Positions 52,601-61,407 of a DNA stretch of 64,000 nt are shown here, one piece after another. The stretch is taken from assembly GCA_965649765.1 (NCBI GenBank), contig OZ287755.1, positions 64,170,001 to 64,234,000 of the forward strand, written 5' to 3'. Made by a program: the position numbers and the translations under genes. The first letter of the stretch is position 1, and every line of letters starts with the position of its first letter. The DNA comes from Bispira polyomma (lineage: Eukaryota). The notes below the pieces were generated by a model. It did no database searches and was not told the DNA's origin. It worked only from the letters and a program-made list of their open reading frames with translations.

Positions 52601-54218
52601 TGGAATATATCTTTTCAAAATGTGATTTCAATAAGATCTGACAAAAAAACCCAGAAACACATTTTTATTGGTTTACATGGAAGTACAAATCGTCCAACAT
52701 CTGACAAACAGATTTATCTGATAAAATCGCACAAATGTTGGGATCGGCGAGATGGAAACGTTAGCTTTTACACTAATGAGCAGCAAAATCAAGAATACAG
52801 CTAGTAAACAAATAGTACAGCTACATCATTGCAAGGACAAATCATCTAAGAATACATATAAATGAGCCACATATATACACCCATTGCAATAGAGCCTTAG
52901 TGTGTAACAGTTACTACCATTTTTTGCTGGTCTGTTTTGTACTGAATGACTGTTTATTGTATTGGTAAAGAAAAGGGTTTCCACAGGTTATCCCATATCT
53001 AATCTGCTCTAATACTTTTAGGCCATAAAATTGTCCCTGCAAGAGAACTCAAAGTGGCAGAGCATCCTTATCATAGGACAGAATTTATAACAAAATGGGC
53101 ATAGCCAAAGTTATCAACAAAAAAAAATTAGCAAAAACAAATGTGACAATTTGCAAGAACCATTAATTACCAGCAAACAGTACACTGATAGTATATAAGT
53201 GCCTTTAAAGAAAGCTGTGCATATTTCAAAACAAAGGACAGCTTTTCTTAGTTTCTCTCAAGATGTCTTTACCTTTCTATAGGTGATTTATTTGATACTA
53301 CTCCCATTGTTTCCCCATATTGTGCAAAATTTCTCTCTCATATACAAGTGTATCTTGCACTTTTCTGCACCGGGTCCTTGTTTCAAAGAACAAGATAGTA
53401 GTTCTAACATAAATTTCCATGTATTTTGTCAAGCTTTTGACATATTTGGTATAATAGTGTGACAGCCAGATTTTATTGCCGTGCATACTAGTTGGTCAAA
53501 ATTGGACACTGTAAACCACTGGACATTGGCAAGTAACTGCCCGATTTTTCACAAAAAATTGCTGCCAAGATTCAAACCAATGACCTGAAATGTGAGAGGC
53601 GAGTGCATTAACCACTATGCCTCGGAGCTCCTTTAATTATAGTAGCACCTATCTTACCATATCTTCTGTTATCCAAATATTCTATTTAATGAATACACTT
53701 TCTGGCACACACCTTGGCCTTTTCTATTATTTTACACTGAAATACCTCATTTTTAAAGCCATCATTATCCGAAGAAGTATAAACATCAACACACATAACC
53801 ATTACCAATACATTGTGTAGTATTACAAGTTTACAAGGTAGCCACCCCGGGGCTAGTAAGGTCAGTGCTGTACCTTAAAAACAATACTTACCTTAGTCAG
53901 ATCACAGTGACCCCTCCTCTGATTGGCTGGCAGCTGGCCCACATATTAATTATTTCCCGCTAAAAGCATATAACCACCATTAAAATTTAAGAAACTGAAA
54001 GGGTAACACGCCATTTTAACTGATAAAATTTTTTGAATTTGTTATTGGATATTTTATACTTTACATCTTATTTACAAGTTTTAATTATTATTGTTGTGTG
54101 TGTGTACTGCCGAGAGGAGTTTCCGTCATACTGTGAAGGGAAAAGCTGGATTTCACTTCCATTATAGTCAATATTGGGCTTTGACATATGCGAATACCGC
54201 TTCACTTTTGGAGCTACG

Positions 54219-55250
54219 ATGGCTCCGAGAAAAAACTATTTATGTAACTCTTGCAATACCAAACATGTAAAACCTATCAATGAAAATTGTCCCTATATTG
54301 AGGACGAGGAGACAGTTAGTGACAATGCTAGTGAAAGTAGTGACATTTCGGCAAAGGAAATAAATTTACGGATTTTACAAGAACTTCAGCAATTGAATGG
54401 CCGTATGACGGTAGTGGAGAGTAAAGTGAACATTTCTGATCAATCTGCCTTGTTGGCAGCGTCTAGTGCTAACGTTAGCCTGTCTGGGGCGACTGCAAGA
54501 CTATCAACTACCTCAGCGACAAGTCCTGGGCTACAGCAGCTGCCCAGTGGGATGGAAGATCTGTTGGTGCCATCCCTGACTACATTGATGACGTCTGAGC
54601 ATCTCCAAAGAGCTGTAGACTGCAGGTTGAAAGAACTGGCTCATTTAAACGACGCAGGTAACCAAAAGTCTCAGAGGGGTGGGTCAGAAACTGTTTGGGT
54701 AAAGAAAAATGTGCCCTGGCCACAAAACCACATTCTGGGGGGTCAAAATAAAAGCCGCTCATCGTACGATAGTTTATCTATGGCCCAATGGGTCTCAGGG
54801 TTCTGTGCGATTATTAGGGATGAAAAAGATAATAATACCAAAGATTCAATGTTAGAATATGTGCAAGACCTCATGGAGGACGCGCACGATTTCTCCTGGA
54901 GTGCTGCAAAAGGCAGTCATGCAGTTCTGCTGTGCAGAATGGAGGAAGGGAAGGTAACTTGGCAGGACACTGCTAAAATTGATCGAATAAGAAGAGCTCA
55001 TGCTCAGAAAATAGTTAGCAATGGCCACTCGGGTGCTTCCTCCACCAGATTTTCCACTAGCAAATCTAGCGAAAAAGGGCTGCCTTGCAGATATTTCCAA
55101 AGGGGTGCTTGTACTAACAAAACAGATCATGAAACTAAAGGTCAATTGTACTTACATATATGCTCAGTTTGTCATACCAGTGGGAAATCATACCCCCACA
55201 GTGCTAGAGACTGTCACAAAAACAAGGCTAGTAATGCAAAAAACGAATGA
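54219..55250 (+). CDS. gag: Gag-like ORF1 of YR retrotransposon
   Basis: ATG at 54219. N-terminal CxxCxxxH..C motif, coiled-coil-like segment, conserved core shared with the two remnants, C-terminal Cys/His fingers (CRYFQRGAC..H..HICSVC..H..C). Confidence 0.88.
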   Translation: MAPRKNYLCNSCNTKHVKPINENCPYIEDEETVSDNASESSDISAKEINLRILQELQQLNGRMTVVESKVNISDQSALLAASSANVSLSGATARLSTTSATSPGLQQLPSGMEDLLVPSLTTLMTSEHLQRAVDCRLKELAHLNDAGNQKSQRGGSETVWVKKNVPWPQNHILGGQNKSRSSYDSLSMAQWVSGFCAIIRDEKDNNTKDSMLEYVQDLMEDAHDFSWSAAKGSHAVLLCRMEEGKVTWQDTAKIDRIRRAHAQKIVSNGHSGASSTRFSTSKSSEKGLPCRYFQRGACTNKTDHETKGQLYLHICSVCHTSGKSYPHSARDCHKNKASNAKNE

Positions 55251-58079
55251 GGCACTGCAAGCAGTGCCTGAACCCCATGTTGATCAAGATTCTCGGGTTA
55301 AAGTAAACAAACCAAAATGTAAAAAGTTAACAAGTGAAAGGTGGTTTACAGAAAGAATTGTATATAATTCCAAATGTGTGTTTAACTATATGTCTGGACA
55401 AGGGGGCTACCATAACTGGAGAGCAGATTTGGCAAAATATCAAAATATAACTTATGCAGAAGTAGTACAGAAAAATCAAAATGTGGACATTGAAAACAAA
55501 AAAGTAAATAGGCTTGTTGCAAGTGTCAAAAGCACAGGCTCAGCTTATAGCCCCCTCGTCCAAAAAGAAATACTTTGTACAAATGTATATCATAACAATG
55601 ACTCTGAAAGAAACATGTGTAAAACCCAGAACAAACCAATTAGGCTTGTTCGACAAGGTGACACCAAACTCGAGAGAACAAAGGCAAACTGCCACCTCCT
55701 GGGTAACAATAGGGTTACACAAAAGCGAAAGGGAACAATACCAGTGGCTGTGCATGGTCAAGAAAGGGACATTCAATGTAACAATAGGTTTAACCCCCTT
55801 TTTTTTTTCTTTTTTTTTTTTTTTTTATTTTCCCAATAAAAAGTTTACATTAAAGATCTATGTATACAATAATATTATACATCTGACAAATACACAATAA
55901 AAATATTTAACAATTAAAAAAATTATAGACACCTTGACATATGATATTAATCAATACAAAATAATTAGGAAAATAATACCTTTTTTTTGGGGGGGGGAGG
56001 GGAGAGGTTTTTTAAACTTTAATCAATTATTATTACAAAAACGAAGACAATATTACAATTGGAAAACTTTGAATGGTTAGTACCAACTGAAGCTTGAAAA
56101 TTCCTGTTTGAGAAACAATATTAATGTATAAACACATAATTTGTAGGGGGGGGGCCCTTACCAAAGTCGATCAAGTGGAACGACTAACTGACAACAGTGT
56201 TAATGACACTAGTAAAGCCCAAAAGCGTGTCAACAATACACGTGAGTTCAACTCAAATGTCAACATGCCGGTGGAGGACAAATACCAATTAGAACTCCAA
56301 GTTAAAAAGAGGCATAGGCAAACAGTTGAGTTAGCTAAAGACAACAAAACATTCCAAGCATGGAATGACCAGAATAAGGAAAAGTTTGGTTTTATACCTC
56401 TAGGAGATTTGTGTATACCTAGTACCATAAGCCATAATGTACCCATTGAGGCTCCACTGGCATTATATGAAAAAGTAAAAAGTCACAAAGTTCCAAATTA
56501 TTTGGGTGCACAAATTCCCGTACAATCTGAATTGAATGTAGCGAACTGGGAAAAGCTATTGCGAGACTACTGGGACAAACAAATCATTCACCTCTTGCGC
56601 TTTGGTTTTCCCTTAGATTTCGACAGAAAGAATAACCATACCGGGGATAACCATACATCGGCCACTCAGTACGAGAGTGACGTAAAGGCATACTTAAAAG
56701 AGGAAAAAGACTTTGGTGCCATTATAGGCCCCTTTAAAAAACCTTCCATTGAAAAATTACATATATCACCATTCATGACTAGGCCAAAGCCAGATGGGGA
56801 TCATAGAAGGGTAATTATCAACTTAAGTTTCCCTCACGGCCTAGCAGTGAACTCAGCAATTGCAAGAGACACCTATTTGGGAACTCCCTTTCTGTTAACA
56901 TTGCCAACTATTGATGATATTACCAAAAACATAGTTAAATTAGGAAAAGGAGCCTTATTATATAAGCTAGACATAAGTCGGGTATTCCGTCATGTGAAAA
57001 TAGACCCGGCAGACTATGAGCTATTAGGTTTAAAATTGGATGATATATATATCGATACATGCTTACCATTCGGCTATCGTCATGGAAGCACGATTTTTCA
57101 GTGCCTAAGTGACGCCATACGCTACGTCATGACGTCACGTGGTTATGACATCATCAACTATATTGATGACGTCATAGGTTTTGGCCAACAAGAAATAATA
57201 CAAGAAGCCTTTAATTCGTTAAAAACTTTATTTCAAGAGTTAGGTTTTACATTAAGCAAAAAGAAAATTGTAGACCCAAATACTAAGGTCATTTGCCTAG
57301 GTGTCCTTATTGACACAGACACATTCACGGTCTCCATACTCGATGCAAAATTAAAAGAAATACAGGATATATGTAGTGCATGGAATAGAAACAAAACATG
57401 TACAAAACGACAATTGCAATCTTTGTTAGGCTTGTTACTATACATTTCCAAATGTGTAAAATCTTCTAGGGCATTTCTCAACAGAATGTTAGACACATTG
57501 CGTTCAATCGACAATACAGCATGTATCAAATTGAATACTGAATTTTTTCAAGACCTAAATTGGTTTCAAAAATTCTTACCTACGTTTAATGGAGTAGCTT
57601 TCTTTAACCATGCACCAATCACAGAGCAGGTCGAATTAGATGCATGTTTACAAGGGTTAGGTGCTAGATATGGGAACCAAGTATACACAAAACAAATTCC
57701 ATTAGGATTTAGGGATTACACAATTGTACATTTAGAAATGATCAATATCTTAGTAGCCATACGAGTATGGAAACACCAATGGACGGGAAAAAAGTTGCTA
57801 GTCCAATGTGACAATCAAGCGGTAGTGCATGTTTTGAATTCAGGCAAAACATATGATCTCACACTAGCAGCAATGGCAAGGAACATATTTATGGAAACAG
57901 CGCAATCAGACATCGAGTTACGAACTGTCCATATATTAGGAAAAAATAACTGTACAGCTGATTTGCTGTCCAGATGGCATTTGACAACCGATAATATAGA
58001 AAAACTAAAGGCACTAATACCACGTCCAGAATGGCTATTAGTAAAAGACGATACTTTAGAATTGGACTGGTCAATATAA
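55021..58079 (+). CDS. pol: Pol (RT + RNase H) of YR retrotransposon, interrupted by an insertion at 55801-56159
   Basis: RT: HISPFMTRPK, RRVIINLS, KLDISRVF, LPFG, YIDD, CLGVLID. RNase H: ELDAC, HLEM, CDN, HILGKNNCTADLLSR. Removing 55801-56159 joins NNRFNPL to TKVDQ in frame (899 aa from the 55021 ATG). Confidence 0.92.
55801..56154 (-). mobile_element. Antisense polyadenylated retroposed insertion (5'-truncated LINE 3'UTR-like) with 5-bp TSD
   Basis: Poly-T at 55801-55826, preceded on the minus strand by AATAAA. CCCTT is duplicated at 55796-55800 and 56155-56159. Confidence 0.85.
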
Positions 58080-59039
58080 AATGTAATTTCAGGTCTGGAT
58101 GGGTGGGTTGCAAAGGTAGCAGCCCAGGCAGCTCTTAGAACACAGCAAGCGTTTCGGCCTTCAACCAAAAAATCCTACACAGTATTGTTTAGGGTCTTTC
58201 TTGCTTTTTGTGGCTTTGCAAATTTGGCTATGACGGCCATAACCACCCCAATACTCTTAGCCATTTTGGAATGTTTAGTAGCAAACAACACAACCCACAC
58301 TTCCATAGCAAATTACCTTTCAGCAATAAAAGCAAATATGTCATTATATGGACTAGATATCTCAGCATTCAATGATCAGAGAGTCAAATACTTTCAAAAA
58401 GCTCTAGTGCTGCAAAAACCCTTCAGGGGCTTAGTCTGTGACTCCATGTATATGGGCCAAGTTTACAAGGCAGCATATCTGCTGGCCTTCTTCTCATTTT
58501 TACGTATATCAAACTTAGTTCCCCATTCAGCTTCAGCATTTTCACCACTGCATCAGTTAGCGAGGGCTGACATATTATTCGCCCCTCCTGGTGCTCATAT
58601 CATAATTAAATGGACGAAAACGCTACAGACAAGGGACAATGTAAAAGTTATTAAGATTCCAGTCCTCTCAAATTCACAGGTCTGCCCAGTGCAGGCCCTC
58701 CAAGTGCTTTTAGCAATCACACCTGGTTCCAAAAATAAACCTCTCTTTCAAATAAAGATAAATTCCAACTGGTGTCCATTAACAGACACTAGAATTCGTA
58801 GAAATCTCAAAGCAATATTAGGTAGACTAGGATTGGAAGGTTCAAGTATCACATTCCATTCATTTAGACGATCTGGGGCCACCTTGGCCTTTAATTCACA
58901 TGTGCCCATACAAGCAATCCAGAGCCAAGGCATCTGGTCATCAGACTGCGTATGGCGATATATAACGCAAAATCATGAAGCCTCGGACCAGGTTGCTCTT
59001 GCTTTCCAAGCACGTTTCTCTCCTTCTACTACCCCCTAG
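58080..59039 (+). CDS. Tyrosine recombinase of YR retrotransposon (no ATG before the conserved N-terminal domain)
   Basis: AFRPSTKKSY..F..F N-terminal motif upstream of the annotated TTG. Catalytic residues: FLRISNL (R), KWTKT (K), HSFRR (HxxR), GIWSSD (W), WRY (Y). Confidence 0.93.
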   Translation, partial: NVISGLDGWVAKVAAQAALRTQQAFRPSTKKSYTVLFRVFLAFCGFANLAMTAITTPILLAILECLVANNTTHTSIANYLSAIKANMSLYGLDISAFNDQRVKYFQKALVLQKPFRGLVCDSMYMGQVYKAAYLLAFFSFLRISNLVPHSASAFSPLHQLARADILFAPPGAHIIIKWTKTLQTRDNVKVIKIPVLSNSQVCPVQALQVLLAITPGSKNKPLFQIKINSNWCPLTDTRIRRNLKAILGRLGLEGSSITFHSFRRSGATLAFNSHVPIQAIQSQGIWSSDCVWRYITQNHEASDQVALAFQARFSPSTTP

Positions 59040-59103
59040 TTGGGCCTTGGTGCTCTTTCACTATAATATATTTACACCATATTTTATACATTTATTCAAA
59101 TTC

Positions 59104-59302
59104 TAAGGCCACCTTAAAATCAAATAACTTAATTTATGGTAACCTTAACTTCTGGTAAACTTAAATCAACTGAATCTCAAAATCTAAGGTTACCTTATCT
59201 TCACTTTACTAAAAAACTTTGTTTTGTTTAAGGTTAACTTATTGTCAGTTTTCGTAAACTTAACTTAATTTATGGTAAACTTAAACTCTAAAGGTGGCCT
59301 TA
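59104..59302. mobile_element. MITE-like element directly 3' of the YR ORF
   Basis: Perfect inverted termini taaggccacctt / aaggtggcctta; internal direct repeats (aacttaatttatggtaa). Confidence 0.7.
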
Positions 59303-60412
59303 AATTTTTTAAATTTTACAATCATTAATGTTTTATACAATCTGTACATAGCTTAGATTAGAAATTAAAATTTATATCCCAACTGCTGGCTTTTCATTGC
59401 ATAAAATCTTAGTAAACCTAATGTAAACCTAATACATAAATATCTTAAATCAACAATCAATTGGGTACGAGGCACTGAATGTGATTAAGTAGCCACTAAA
59501 GTTGTGACGATTAGTTGAGAAATTAGTGCATCAGTCGACAGTGACAAATATAGCGATGCATCCTGTCAGGGCTTTGTCACTCGATCATGTATATTTTACT
59601 CCCTAATGGGCGAATTTTAGTATAGACAGATAAAATTGTAACTTTATGATAATCTTACACCTAAATTATACCCTGGAAATCATAAACAACAAATAGTTAA
59701 GTTTTGGTATGTATCAACACTTTATTTAGTTGAAATTTGTTTGTCGATGCATCAGTGCTGTGTGGGTGATAATAACAGCTTTAGTAGCTACCAATAACCT
59801 AGAATAAAACAATCAATAATAATTACTGATAATAGAGGTTTTGTAAGACAGGTATTTTAGTGTAAAATCATAAGAATAACTTAATTATGTTTTGGCACAG
59901 GTGACATGGAACTAATTGCCAACTAATATGTTTGTAAAAGATCTGTATAAAATAACCAAGTTCAAATTATCAAGGTGTTTGTGACTAATTCACAGTGCAT
60001 TAATATACCTATGCAGTGAGATCACTTGACCTGTATACGCTAAGATTATGACCCATCCTGGATCAAATATAAGCGCTTTTTCAACTGACACATTAATTGA
60101 ATTTACTTGTGTCTTAGAGTTAGATATTTGCCAAAAATATTCATTGCAGCAACAATATATTGAGATAAAACACTCTTCTTCCGGGAAGATGAGCAAACTA
60201 TTTTGCAGATATTTCAGGAATAGTTTTGGTAAAACAGAAGCAGTACTTTCTTTGATGGTTAATGGAATGGAAAATGGACTTGCAAAATAAAATGTAATAG
60301 AGATATGAGTTATCTAAATAGTATCTAGTAGTCACAAAACCTCAATAGTAAAATAAAAGAAAGGTGTTAAGGGTTTTTTTCTCTAAGAAATCCTTGTGGA
60401 ATGGAAAGTGTG

Positions 60413-60752
60413 CCGGTGCAGCATGTTTAAATTACCCCCCTTCCATTTACATCATCCCCTGGTATATGATTTCGATTTTAGATCACCCGCCCTCTGTTCT
60501 GTAGCATTTAATCTTGATAGAATTGGTTTCCTTGATCAACAAATAATCAATTAATAGATGTAGACTTGACACTACAACTAATATCAATCACTGTGTAATT
60601 TAAAATCCTTCATGGGTATTAGGACAATTGACATTTAAAACGAATGCAAGGGTAGTTCTTATGGTGGGGAAGGTTTAGTTTAAACAAAAAATGATTTTAA
60701 GTTACCAGGGGGGTAACTTACACAAGGGGGTAATTTAAGCTCTTGACACCGG
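60413..60752. mobile_element. MITE with CCGGTG..CACCGG termini and TG 2-bp flanking duplication
   Basis: ccggtg...ttaaattaccccc / gggggtaatttaa...caccgg. Confidence 0.7.
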
Positions 60753-60879
60753 TGTCATAAATTGTCATAAATGTCGGGAGTTCAAGCGTGCTTGGGTGGA
60801 ATAAAAATAAAATGATTTTTTTGCATAGAAAATGAATGGAGGTTTCTTAGGGGAGCTTATTGATGGTAACTTTAAAAAT

Positions 60880-61407
60880 GGCATGAAAAAGCTTATTTTA
60901 TTGTGATTATTGTGCTTCTTTTTTCACCAAAATTGGTTGAGAAACGTCTCAGATATTAAAGTTTATAAATAGGTACCCCTTTTTACTTGCTTATGTGTAA
61001 GTTGTGACGTAGATGCAAAACTGACGTTATTATGACGTCACTGTGACGTATTATTCACTGTATAAGGGCAAATTCAATGGGGTACTCATCTATAAACTTA
61101 AATATCTGAGCCGTTTCTTAACGGATTTTGGTGAGAAAAAAGGTACAGTAATCACAATAAAATAAGCTTTCTGATGAATATTAAGTATTTGCTAGTATGA
61201 AAACCATACCTAATGCAGTTTTTTTAGCCATTTTTGTTTCAAAATCGGACAGTCCTCCAGATTTTTTTCCTCTTTGAGAGATAAAATATGTTGGCCAAAC
61301 AGACGTCGGCCGACGTCTGATCGGCTCTGATGCAAATCTGCTGAAAGGAAGCACTTGGTAGTATTGTATAATAAGGGAAAAACATGCTGAAAGGAAGCGC
61401 AGGCTTA
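60880..61407. repeat. Foldback-type repeat with ~95-bp inverted arms; homolog of 42609-43144
   Basis: aaagcttattttattgtgatta...ggtacccc (60888-60979) versus ggggtac...taatcacaataaaataagcttt (61079-61170). Confidence 0.75.

Larger units (their letters stand above)
53830..59100 (+). mobile_element. Near-complete tyrosine-recombinase retrotransposon (DIRS order, Ngaro/PAT-like; gag, RT/RNase H, YR; no methyltransferase seen)
   Basis: Ordered gag, pol and YR ORFs. Boundaries are approximate; no terminal repeats were identified by eye. Confidence 0.92.

Noticed and set aside
56124-56159. ATG start of the 651-aa RT ORF
   Set aside because: It lies inside the retroposed insertion, so it is not the native start.
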